A DNA stretch of 55,731 nucleotides, taken from the NCBI GenBank assembly GCA_010093745.1, contig MU006005.1, positions 67,934-123,664 of the forward strand. The letters run 5' to 3'. Both the position numbers and the translations under genes were made by a program. This DNA comes from Piedraia hortae CBS 480.64 (taxonomy: Eukaryota). The notes beneath the pieces are model-generated. The model did not search any database, had not been told where the DNA came from, and was given only the letters and a program-made list of their open reading frames with translations. Within the stretch, counting starts at the first letter, position 1; each line of letters begins with the position of its first letter. Positions 36,119 through 47,208 of this stretch are shown in pieces.

Positions 36119-37639
36119 TCAATCAGGCAATTCCTCAAACCTACCCTCTTCCACAGCCTTCTGAACCGGATTCTGAACATCAACCACGCCCGTAGCCCTG
36201 AGTCTCTCAAACAATACAAACAACCTCTCCGCCTCCCTCTCTTTCTCCTCCTGACTCATTTCAGGCGAATCAGGCTGATCCATCGTCTCTTCAGCGATCC
36301 TCTGGCCGGTCACAGGGTTAATCTCAACACCATCATCATCACCTTGTAGCGTTCCGTCTTTGGAGGCAAGGACGGGAATGTTATGACTCATCAAAAACCC
36401 AGAAGCGAAGCCATATCCAATGTTCTTTATAAGCTTGTCTGCATCCTTGTCACTTAGTTCGAAGAGGAGACAGGATATGTTTTCTCGTAAAGTTGGGAGA
36501 CCTGGAGCGATTGAGAGGCGGAGCAGACGGGCTGATAGGGAATCGCCTTGGCCAAGAGGTTTGTCGCGGTCTTGAGTCTGTGGGAGTAGTGCGGAGCGTA
36601 TATTGGATTTTTGATGAGATGTGGTTAACTCGTACCAGCGACGAATCAGTGTGCATAGCGGTGCGGCCAATTGGTCAAGTTCCCTTTCGGGATAGCTGCG
36701 GATGGATTGGTCGAAAATGCTGATCAGCTTGTCGATTACGTTTTCTGTGTGGGATGGGGGTGTGCTGTTTGTGTCTTGGTCCGGCATTACGGCTGAGCTG
36801 AGATCAAGATTGAGCAATGCATTCAGCAAATAGTTGATGGGCGGCTGTAGCGGCGGTGAGAGGGTTGGATGGTGCACTAGGAGACTGATGATAGGCTCTA
36901 TGGATGGTGTGAAATTGGTGCTGGTGTGTGGGCGGTAATAGGTGATATTAAAGAGAAGTTTGAGGGTTTCTGTCAACGCCATGTCCTTCATCGAAGAGGA
37001 AGCGGTTTGGTCTTGGGTAAGTCTCTCTGCATGACGAGTGAGATGTCGGTTGACGCTGTCTGCGAGTCCATGCTTGTTCACCATGTCATCGAGATCAGCG
37101 CTGGTATTGTAAGTCAGTAAGAAAATTATGCGTGATATGAGAAATTCATCATTGCAATCGTTGCTCTTCAAACGTTCTGCCGCATCTGTAGAGTATTCCA
37201 AATCCACAAATAATTGTCGTGTGGTCTCGCTTAGGAGAAAGGCGTTGGCTAGACATCGAAGCGCTTCGTGTGAAGTTGATTTAGTTTCTCGGCGGAACCC
37301 ATATTTGGCCAATACATCGATACCCTGCCAAGAGGTTAAAATATGTCCGCAACCGTGAGATGCACCAACCCTCCGCGAAAAGATTGAACCTGCTGAAGCC
37401 GAATTACGGCCAAGAATTTTCAATTCGCCCAAGACCGTCTCCTGTTCTATGTTGGAGTTACACACTCGTCCCTATCATGACATTCAGCTATAGGTACCTT
37501 TGATTGGCATCCCATCATGTTTCAAATTTCTTTCGAGCTGATCCAACAGGTGATCGACCCTTGAATTATCTGAACAGGACATTGAGATTTAGAAATGACC
37601 AAAGATCGATACAGCCGATGTCTACTCACGGCCCCTCAT
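36119..37639 (-). CDS. RIC8: Ric8/synembryn G-alpha guanine nucleotide exchange factor and chaperone
   Basis: EALRCLANA, NIGYGFASGFL, INPVTGQR, EEKEREAERLFVLFERL. Proposed introns 37629-37570, 37497-37447 and 37369-37325; the 5' exons are less certain. Confidence 0.88.
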
Positions 37640-37712
37640 TATTTCTTGACACCCTCGTGGTGTATATGGCAAGCTTCCAGAAGGGCGGGGAGGGACGGGC
37701 CGTCGAGCGCGG

Positions 37713-37755
37713 CGCGTATCATTTTACGCGACGCGTATCATTTTACGCGACGCGT
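37713..37755 (+). promoter_or_regulatory. Tandem 19-bp repeat carrying MCB-like sites in the RIC8/RIF1 divergent promoter
   Basis: cgcgtatcattttacgcga at 37713 and 37732, then cgcgt; ACGCGT at 37731 and 37750. Confidence 0.7.
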
Positions 37756-37778
37756 TCGCACCCTCCCACGCTGAATGA

Positions 37779-40700
37779 ATGGGCCTAGTTCTGGATCATG
37801 GGATGGGAATGTTCAACTCGAATTCTCCATTCCAACATTTATCGCCCCGACCGCCGACACCGCCCAGAGAGACAGCTATCAACGGTCATGACGGCGACTC
37901 AACCAATGCGCCAGTCCAAGACTTTGAGAATGATCAACCGGGCTCCAAGAGTCCATCCAGCGCCAGTCCGACCAAGGAAGTTGCAGTGAAGCGCGTCGAT
38001 TTCTTCTCCGCGCCCATGATCCACCATGCTGCCCACGCCACTCCTTTAACTTCCCCCGCCGCGCAACTGCGCAAACGAAGCTCAATAAAGAAGCCGGCCA
38101 AACCACTGAAGTCGATATTGAAAATGCCGAGCGTGCCGATGCCGCTGATGATGTCGTCGCAGGGCTCAGAAGGGTTTGACAGGATGATACAGTCTATAAT
38201 CCAGCAATTGGCCAGTCAATCTACCAGTGCAAGGCTGGACGCATACATTGCATTGAATGGCGCTGTCAAATTATACGACGACCTGCCGGATGCTGAGATT
38301 TTGGTTTCAAACATGGGAATCCTTACCGAGTTCATGACGCGCGATATAACGTGGAAAGAAGCAGATGGCAGCCTCAACAGTAACCTGATCACGCAGGCGC
38401 TGAAGTTTGCCGCGTCTTCAATCTGCAACCCCAAACTGTCAGCTACTATTGGCAATGATTTTGCAGTCTTTCTCGTTGAGCGGTCAATTGCGGTACTGGA
38501 GGATGCGACGATGCCCAAATCCTTGGTAAAAATGCACCTTTTTGTTCTTGCCCAGCAAAGTTTTCCGCCCTTTATCATGAATGCAAATCGAGTGGACAGG
38601 CTGATTACTGCCGTCAAACCCATTGATGCCAACTATAGCGGAAGCGGCGTGGTCGTTGCAAGGCTTACCGTTTTCCAAAAGCTACTTGAGCAGGCACAGG
38701 GTACGATGATGGCACGAATGCGTGATTGGGTTGGCATATTGTTCCACGCGATGCTTGGCAAGATTCGCGAAATCCGATTGAGGGCCATCGAGTTTGGTAC
38801 TCTCGCCAGCCTCCGGTTAGGTACAGATGCGGCTGCCTCGAAAGCTGTTTTGGACTTTTTCCAATCCGAGACAGAAAATGGCCAGACATTTGGTGAACAT
38901 CTCAACCAGCGGTTGTTGCGGATGGTCAAGGACAAAAATACAGGGGTTTCTGTGCCACAGATATGGTCTATTGTAGTGGTTTTTCAACGGAGCAAAAGGT
39001 TTCCACTTGAAGACTGGCCACAATTGAAGAACTGGCTCCTAATCATCCAGCAATGCCTCAATACTAGTGATTCGGACATTGCTGGTGAGAGCTATATTGC
39101 ATGGAACAAGCTTGTTTTCACCATTATGCCGGGCCCATCGACTCCCAGAGTCTTGTTCAACATGCTCAAAGTGCCCTCGACTACCGGCATGGACCGACGA
39201 GGAAGTGACAAGCACTCTGTCCAAGTCCGTGAGTTTGCCAGGTACAGTTATTGCGACCTCCTCCACTACTCCCTTCGACCCGGCCTCGGGTTTTCTGAGT
39301 TGGACAAAGTCTGGGACGTGTATTTGAGCCCCACGTTGATTGACCTTTTTGAAAACGCCTCGGGCGGATTTTCATTTGCTTGTGCAGTCCTTGGTGGCAT
39401 CTGCACACCTGGGCCCCGGGTATGGAACCAGAATTTGGCCAATGAGTCCACTAAACCCAAGCCCGATGAGCTCCCCTGTCTCGATGCAAAGTGGGTTCGT
39501 TCTCGCTTCAGCAAGTTTCTTGCCGTACTTACCCCTGCGTTCCATGCTTCAATGAGGAAAACTCCAGACGATTTTTCAACATTCCTTTCTACTTGGCGTA
39601 CGGTTCTGTCCTGTGTTGCCGAAGCTGGCCATCAGGAAGTGAAAACCAGCAACGACTTGAAGCAGGCCCTGATCTCCCTGTCCAAGTTCCTCTCAAAACT
39701 GTTCACATCTGGTGCCTACTCGGAAGCTCCAGGACATGAAGGAGGACAAATTACTTTTGTTCAACGGCTCATCACCATGCTGCAAACATCGGTAGACATA
39801 CTTGGGGTCACAACATTTGGGGAAGACATCATGGTCCGACCCAAGGAGGGCAGCGCAGAAGTTTCTCTCACACCGTCTCGTCGAGCGTCGAAGCAGGTGC
39901 ATGCCCCAGAATCTCCACTGCTGTTCTTGCTCAACACATTACATCAGGTTCCCTGGGCCTGGAAAAACACTGAAAGAATGGCCGACTGCCTCTTACGGCT
40001 ACTGATTTCAACTCGCTCTGTGGACAGGAGTACTTCTCTTCATGTAGCCCCCACTGGCGCTGGGAACTTGGACGATGCCGCCGCTTTGTATTGGTGGAGA
40101 CGCATGGCCGAAAGCGCCATATCCATTCTGGAGAACATCAAATACCACGACCAAGCTCTTGCGTCTCACTTATATGACTCTAAACTGCGCATGTGCTTGG
40201 ATATACTACGAAGAGGGTTAACGTTCACGCTTGAAAATGAGGACGACCTGCTACTCTTTGGGAACTTGCTCAATTCAACGATTGCTACTGCGGATAATTT
40301 TGCAGGAAATGCGGGCGCGTCAATCGCGGTGACTGAGCCAATCTCCAACATGCTGCATGATCAAATTGGTCGTAAGCAGGTCGCTGTTCTGACACAACTC
40401 ACTATTCAAATCTTGTCAAGTGCTAGATGGCCTGGGACTTTGGAAGATGTTAAAGAAGCCCATCTGACGTTTAACTCGATGGATGCAGAGGTCTCGTATT
40501 CAGAGTCATTCAAATGCTTGGGCCAGCTTACTAGTGCGCTATTGATGTTGCTCTATCGTCAGCGCGGTGGACCTCTTGGAGTAGACAGCAATGTCCGCGT
40601 TGACGTACTTGTTGAGAAATTACTCGGTTGGATCAAGTCAAGCCCGCAGCCTTGGACGCCAATGGCTTTGGCTCAATTGCAAGATGGAATTGCCTTGTGG

Positions 40701-42154
40701 GTTCAAGATCAGGACCGGACAATCAACAATAATCCCACCTTAAACTCGGTAAATAAATCCTTGGAGTGCACTAGCTGTAGGCAAATCTTACTGACATCAA
40801 TCAGACCTTGCCTGCGTGGAGTCAACTCTTCGAGATGATAGATGGCCTTCCTCAAGATGGCCTGGAACTCTTGACCAATTTGGAGAATATTTTTGTTGCG
40901 GGATTCTCCAGCACCCATGAATCTCTTGTGCAAGCTGTGATCAAGCTTTGGAACAACAGAGTTGGCGAGAAAGACATGCCGAATTGCCCTGAGAGCATAA
41001 GAAAAGCTCTTCTTCCTCATGCCCATGCCATTGAAGCCTTGCAACAACCTTCACAGCCACCAACTGAGCAAACAAACGTACGGTTCACATCAGAGTTGAC
41101 AGCTCCAGTACCTGGCAAAGAACAAAGCTTGGTCCGTAGATCTCCAAGAAAGCACCACAAATGCCCAACAGAAGTTACATCATACTCTGATGTTCCTCTT
41201 GAAATGGAAGAGACGGAATCCCGAAGAGAAACCCGAATGGTTGTGCAGAGCTCTCCTAGATTTCGGCCGAATCATCCATCCAAAAGCAAGGTTATGCAGA
41301 GACTTACTCATCATTATACAGAACCTCTGCCAAAGGAGGACATGCAAGCCAAGGAAGTTCCACAGGCTGATTCAAGGCCATTGAGCGACATCCCGTCATC
41401 TTCTTCCCCTATATATAACGCGCGACAAGGCGATGCTGAACCTGTCATTGCCTCTTCACCGCCACGTGCGACTGAAAATGGAGAGAAACAGCCCGAGGTG
41501 CATGAACTTACTTCCCGTCCTTCTGACACCCACCACCCAGCTTCACCCGTGAGATGCACTCAGCTTGCAAGAGTAGACGAGGAAAAGTCAGATACCTCGT
41601 CTCCCGGCCCGCGTCTCAAGCGACGGAAGACCGAATCCACTTTCAGGCGAATTCTGTCATTTCTTGGCAACAGCCAGCAGGATGATGAAGTCGAGGACAT
41701 TCAAGTCCCCGCTGAGCCATGCCCAGATCAACCAATGCAGGACATTACGTCCGTACCAGAATCCGGGGAGACCAACGTACCAAGTTCACGCACTCTAAAG
41801 CGAAAAGCATCTGCCATGGACGATGTCAACGCTGTGGAGCCTATCCCCGAGGCTACCGAGGTTTCCATTGTGCCTCCAGCCCACACCGTTGGCCAGGAGG
41901 ACGAGGTTGAAGAGACGCTTGCGGATGACAGTATCATAGATCTAGCGGAGCCAATGCAAGGCGCCAGCCTTGTTCTCCAATCAAATGAAGTCGCGAGGCC
42001 TGTGGCTACTCCGCGTAGCATTATCAGCAGACTCACAGATGTGCTGCATGACTTGCGAGACATGGTGAGCATGAAGCCCAGTCATGAACGGGAACTGGAC
42101 GATGTGTTGTTTGAACTGCGTAAGGAAGTTCATGCTACGGCGAGGGGAAAGTAG
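37779..42154 (+). CDS. RIF1: Rif1 (replication timing / telomere regulator), ~1430-1440 aa
   Basis: PRPPTPPRE, PP1-docking KRVDF and KSILK motifs, long helical domain (RLDAYIALN, AWNKLV, LDAKWVR); 56-nt intron 40749-40804 joins the 1019-aa and 448-aa ORFs in frame. Start may be 37809. Confidence 0.88.
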
Positions 42155-42642
42155 GCAGCGGGGGGAATTAACGAAGTGGTAGAAAGGCCATGTATCGAGT
42201 GGTTTGGCCGGATTTGGGCGTTGAATGTGCATATTATCTACTATTGACCTTTCTCACACAACTCCAAACGTAAACTGGCCTGTGAATGCTGGCCCACAAT
42301 GATTTTGCACTGTGCAGATGAGTCATGCAGTCAACTGCAGGCGCACGAACCACCAGTTCGGCTCACGCGGCCGTCATGACATCATCGATGCACGTGCCTT
42401 GATGATAGGCATTTCTCCATTGAAATCCAAACAAAGGACACGTAATTCTGGTCAAGGTTTGTTGCGCCGGTCATCAAATAATATTTAATCCGCTGGACTT
42501 AATTCACCCCTTCGATTCGACGTTCAGCGACAATACTTCACCGTTACAATCACTTCCGCGGGAGATTCACGCCTACATTCCTCAGCCTCGGCCTTCACCT
42601 GGTTCAGCCAGCACCAGGGTCGCTCCTGGGGCGACGTTGCAC

Positions 42643-45600
42643 ATGAGCAGCCATCTTTGGAAGGCGTGTCTTGAAAATGATGTCGATAGCTTTCGGCGCA
42701 TCTTGGCAGGAACTATCAAGCTGTCCCAATTGGGAAAAGGAGATTATGCAGGAACGGCCGTCGAAGTCTCTGGCAGGGGAAAGAGCAAAACGCGCAGAAG
42801 CAACTCTATACAATTTCAGTCTGCTGATTCCTCCCTCAAAGTAGACGTTAACTGGCGTGACCAAAGTGGCTGTACCCTGCTCCATCACCTGGCGTCTCAA
42901 TCAACCAGTGAATCAGTTTCTTTGGCTATAGCGTTGATTGAACATCCGCTCATTGATCTATACGTTCAAGATGAAGAGAATGGCTGGACCGCATTGCACC
43001 GGGCATTTTACTTTGGAAACATCAACCTTGCTCGTCTTATGCTTAATCGCGACGCCGAGGATGCGCTTGAGCGGCTTTCGGGTCAATCGCAGAGCCTCTT
43101 GAAAGTCAAAGACAGGGATGGTCTGGGGCCACTTGACCTTTACGCGGTGACAATCAAGAACCACTCACTTGATACTCCACCTGTAAGATTAAAACGATGT
43201 CCTCACGAGAGCATACGTGCCCCGTCTGTAACGAGCAACGACAACTCTGAGGATTGTAAATTGAACCTCTCCAAGACGTCAGAGGGAGATCAAGTGTTCA
43301 CATTTGGCAGCAATCGTAATGTCTCGCTCGGATTTGGCGACGAGGATAACCGTCAATTTCCGGAGCGTGTGCAGCTTCGTCGTCCTGCGCATCTGATCAC
43401 GACTTTCTACCAGGAACATGTAGACAGATGCCAAAGAGAGTGGGCGACTGACAGTCAGCATGGCACTAAGGCAGCCATACCCTCCTCAGAATGGCTCGAA
43501 GACCTTCCTTTTGTCCCTCGTACGAGGCCGTTCATCATACGGGATGTGCAGATGAGCAAATACTCATCTGCGGTGCTCACTGATGATGAGTCGTCTAACC
43601 TTTACATGTGCGGCCATGGAAAAGGTGGTCGACTCGGAATGGGAGACGAACAGACGCGATTCAATTTCGCTTGCGTCGACGGCGGGGCGCTGAGTGGTAA
43701 ATGCATTGCAACCGTGGCCCTGGGCCATAACCATACCATTGCCACCTCTCGTGAAGGCGATACCTTTAGCTGGGGCAGCAATGACCACGGCCAGCTTGGC
43801 TTCACTTTGCCTGCGGACGACAAGCCGATCAGTGTTCTGCCTAGACAGATCTTTGGCGCACTCAAGCGCGAGATTGTCGTAGGAGTCGCTGCATCCCGCA
43901 TCCATTCTGCTGCCTTTAGTTCCAATTCGTTGTACACGTTCGGGAAGAACGAAGGTCAACTTGGCATAATGGACTCTGACGCCCGTTCTTTGGTAATGCA
44001 AAGCACACCACGAAAAGTTGGTGCGTCCTTGTTCGCGTCCTCTATCCAGTTGGTCTTGGCGATCGATAAAGCCACGGTGTGTTTGTTGGACAATCACGAC
44101 GTTTGGGTGTTTGCCAACTATGGCTACGCCAAGGTTCAATTTTCCAGTGAAGGGCCTTCAAATGTTTTTCGAAGAAGTGTCCCGATGCCATCTGGCACCC
44201 CAAGAAATGTCACAAAGTTAACAGGGGCTGGAGATACTGTGTGCGCCCTGTCAAGTCAAGGGGAACTCTTCACCTTCTCCGTGGGGGAAAGAAGAGATGT
44301 TCAGTCCAACGCATCCACAACAAATCCATCCAAAATCCGTAGTGCAATTACGACGCCACAGTGCGTGTGGTCCCCGAGGAAAATGAACATGGTTGCTCGA
44401 GACGTGGGCATTGATATCGACGGCTCGTTCATTTTGAGCACAAACGAAGGCAGTGTTTGGCGACGCATCAGACGACAAAAAGTCCAAGACGGTACTCTGA
44501 TTGGAACAAGCGACCTCAAACAAAAAGACTACAAATTCTCTCGTGTCCCGGGTTTGAGTAGGATATGTGCCGTGAGAACATCGTCCCACGGTGCATACGC
44601 GGCAATCAGGCGCGACTGCGACAGCTTTAAGACGCAACTTACTGTTGATCCTCCCAGCTTGTGTCGAGACCTGTCTATACTGGAACCGCTGATCGATTTC
44701 GCCAAATTGGAGACGAGCCAGCTGTTCGATGAAGACGTCGGGAGTAGCCGTGTGCTCCAGAGGTTGACGCAGTGCTTGGTCACAAGTGATCAAGTCGAGG
44801 AAGAGCTCAGAGAGGTCATCGCGCATCGATTGACTTCTTCGTCGGCAAAATACGATGCATACTTTGGAACTGACATTGTTGACTTGACCATTCCAATTCA
44901 TCGTTGCATCTGCACAGCCCGAAGCAGAGTTCTCCGCAGTATTCTGAGCGACCTTGAGCATGGAGACACCGCTACCATCTCCGACATTGCAACCTGCATG
45001 GCAGACAAAGATGGCAAGACAGCCATTCAATTCATTGGGCTGGATATCTTGACAATCGCCAGCTTGACCATGTACCTCTATACTGAGAATGTCATCGACT
45101 TCTGGAGTTTTGCTCGGGTAATACCGCAGGCATCGCAACGCTTTCGTCAAATCCGCATCGAGTTGATCAGGGTTGCTTCGAAACTCGGCCTTGCACAGCT
45201 CGAAATTGCCGTTCGACAGATGAAGATTCCAAAAAGCTGTATGAGGGTGGATCTCGAAGTGGCAATTACTGACCCAGTGTTTTTCACTGACTCCGATGTC
45301 ACTGTTCAACTTGAGGACAAGGAGGTAAGAGCACACAGTGCCATCCTTCAAGCTCGATGTCCCTTTTTCCATGGTCTATTTGTGGGACGTTCCCAGGGCC
45401 GCTGGCTTGCCGGTCGTCAAGATGATCATGACACCTGCGTGGATCTTCTGCATGTTCACTCCAAAGTGTTTGGACCTGTCTTGCGCCACATTTATGCAGA
45501 CACTGGTCCCGAGCTTTTTGATGACTTTGTTTGCCATGGTATAGACGACTTTCTTGACTTTGTCATGGACGTCATGAGCGTGGCAAACGAACTCATGCTT

Positions 45601-46929
45601 GAAAGGCTTTCACAAATCTGTCAACAAGTCGTTGGCAGATATGTTCATGTGCGAAATGTGTGCGAGCTGCTCAATGCCATTTCTCCGAGCGCCATCCCCC
45701 GGTTCAAGGACGCCGCACTGCACTATCTATGTTACAATTTGGATGCAATCCTATATGGCCATTATCTTGATCAGTTGGATCCCGATCTACTCACAGAACT
45801 CGATAGAGCCGTGCAAAAGGTCCAATTAGGACATCTGCCTTTTGCAAGAAGCGGAGAGGCAGATCGGCTCTTGTTCGAACGACATCCAGGGCTTTTAGAA
45901 AGATGTGAACTCGAGCGGCGCCAGAATGTTGACAAGTGGTCATCACAGCAAGCTGGTCCGAGCCTGGGGAAAGTAGGGTCACCGCGTACTCCCAAAAACA
46001 GTCGTCTCGACAGTCTCAATCAAAGCGTGTTGAGCTTGGAAGAGAGGCCAAAAGACGGCCATTCCTCGGCCAACGTGCCCCAGTTTTTACCTGCCGAGGA
46101 GCCGCCTAAAGACACGCCAAAGCCAAAGGATGGCAAGGCACACGCATCGCAGTCCTCACCTAGACCAGGCTCAGAATCTGGTGCACCGTGGGGTACAACA
46201 CTTTTCTCAATGCCTGCTACCGATATAAAAGCCTTGCTGGCTCAGAACCCTGCGAAAAAGCCTCCTGTCGCACCACAAAAAGGTGCTTCGCCGGGCGTGA
46301 ATCCAGTGGGAACGGCCAATTCACCTAAACTATCACAAAAGGAACGCAAACGTCTGCAAATTGCTCAAAAAGCCGGACAAGTAGCCGCTGACTCTGCAAT
46401 GACTGAAGGCGCAGGCGCCCAAGGTCACAATAAGGCTGCATGGCGAACAGTCTCTGGATCAAGAACGGCTTCTCAAGATAGCTCCCATACATCCAGCCCA
46501 AAGCCTCCGCAGTTGACCATGCGTCAAACAGTAGCCAATGGAAAGCAGAGAGCACAAATCTCACAGCAAGGTACAATAGACCTACAGAGCAAGCAGCCAG
46601 AAGCTTGTACACCATCAATTCATCACCCAGTGCCCTCAGAGCTAGCGTGGGGTCCTTCAATGACAGAAATTCTAGCACAAGAGCAGGCAGCAAAAGACGA
46701 ACGCAGAGCTGCTGTTGCGAAGAGAGACTTGGCAGATATTCAAGCTGAGCAAGAGTTTCAAGAGTGGTGGGATAAGGAAAGCATGAAGATACAGGAGGAA
46801 GAAAAAAGGGCAAAGCTGGCTGCAGAACGACTATCTAAATCCCCGAGGGCACGGAGAGGGGGACACAGTAATAAGGGGGGTGGTCGAGGAAGGAAGGACA
46901 AACCTAGTGGATCCAAGTCAGGGGCCTAG
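42643..46929 (+). CDS. Ankyrin-RCC1-BTB domain protein (Btb1/IBtk-like cullin-3 adaptor)
   Basis: Ankyrin QDEENGWTALHRAFYFGN, RCC1 repeats (FTFGSN, CGHGKGGRLG, SWGSNDHGQLG), two BTB-like segments (IHRCICTARS; AHSAILQARCPFF), C-terminal IQAEQEFQEWW. Confidence 0.88.
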   Translation: MSSHLWKACLENDVDSFRRILAGTIKLSQLGKGDYAGTAVEVSGRGKSKTRRSNSIQFQSADSSLKVDVNWRDQSGCTLLHHLASQSTSESVSLAIALIEHPLIDLYVQDEENGWTALHRAFYFGNINLARLMLNRDAEDALERLSGQSQSLLKVKDRDGLGPLDLYAVTIKNHSLDTPPVRLKRCPHESIRAPSVTSNDNSEDCKLNLSKTSEGDQVFTFGSNRNVSLGFGDEDNRQFPERVQLRRPAHLITTFYQEHVDRCQREWATDSQHGTKAAIPSSEWLEDLPFVPRTRPFIIRDVQMSKYSSAVLTDDESSNLYMCGHGKGGRLGMGDEQTRFNFACVDGGALSGKCIATVALGHNHTIATSREGDTFSWGSNDHGQLGFTLPADDKPISVLPRQIFGALKREIVVGVAASRIHSAAFSSNSLYTFGKNEGQLGIMDSDARSLVMQSTPRKVGASLFASSIQLVLAIDKATVCLLDNHDVWVFANYGYAKVQFSSEGPSNVFRRSVPMPSGTPRNVTKLTGAGDTVCALSSQGELFTFSVGERRDVQSNASTTNPSKIRSAITTPQCVWSPRKMNMVARDVGIDIDGSFILSTNEGSVWRRIRRQKVQDGTLIGTSDLKQKDYKFSRVPGLSRICAVRTSSHGAYAAIRRDCDSFKTQLTVDPPSLCRDLSILEPLIDFAKLETSQLFDEDVGSSRVLQRLTQCLVTSDQVEEELREVIAHRLTSSSAKYDAYFGTDIVDLTIPIHRCICTARSRVLRSILSDLEHGDTATISDIATCMADKDGKTAIQFIGLDILTIASLTMYLYTENVIDFWSFARVIPQASQRFRQIRIELIRVASKLGLAQLEIAVRQMKIPKSCMRVDLEVAITDPVFFTDSDVTVQLEDKEVRAHSAILQARCPFFHGLFVGRSQGRWLAGRQDDHDTCVDLLHVHSKVFGPVLRHIYADTGPELFDDFVCHGIDDFLDFVMDVMSVANELMLERLSQICQQVVGRYVHVRNVCELLNAISPSAIPRFKDAALHYLCYNLDAILYGHYLDQLDPDLLTELDRAVQKVQLGHLPFARSGEADRLLFERHPGLLERCELERRQNVDKWSSQQAGPSLGKVGSPRTPKNSRLDSLNQSVLSLEERPKDGHSSANVPQFLPAEEPPKDTPKPKDGKAHASQSSPRPGSESGAPWGTTLFSMPATDIKALLAQNPAKKPPVAPQKGASPGVNPVGTANSPKLSQKERKRLQIAQKAGQVAADSAMTEGAGAQGHNKAAWRTVSGSRTASQDSSHTSSPKPPQLTMRQTVANGKQRAQISQQGTIDLQSKQPEACTPSIHHPVPSELAWGPSMTEILAQEQAAKDERRAAVAKRDLADIQAEQEFQEWWDKESMKIQEEEKRAKLAAERLSKSPRARRGGHSNKGGGRGRKDKPSGSKSGA

Positions 46930-47208
46930 GTCTGCGGATGAGGAACTCTTTATTAGACCTCAATCGTTGCTGGGCAGCGATTCCTCGATGTAGAATATAC
47001 ACCAGATATACGAGTGATGTCGGAAGATTCACTCTGAAGGGTTTATGCCTTTTTTGTCCATCACATGCTTCCACATGTTTTGATCTGAAACTCCACGAGG
47101 TTGAGATCGTCTTCACATGTTCCATATTTCAGAAAACCTCATTCCCTCTTCGGGGTTAGCGTGATGGCCCCGCACTAACTCACCCCATATTGAACCTCAC
47201 AGCCAAAG

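Noticed and set aside
44251..45372. 373-aa minus-strand ORF
   Set aside because: Fully antisense to the ankyrin-RCC1-BTB gene with no recognisable domain.
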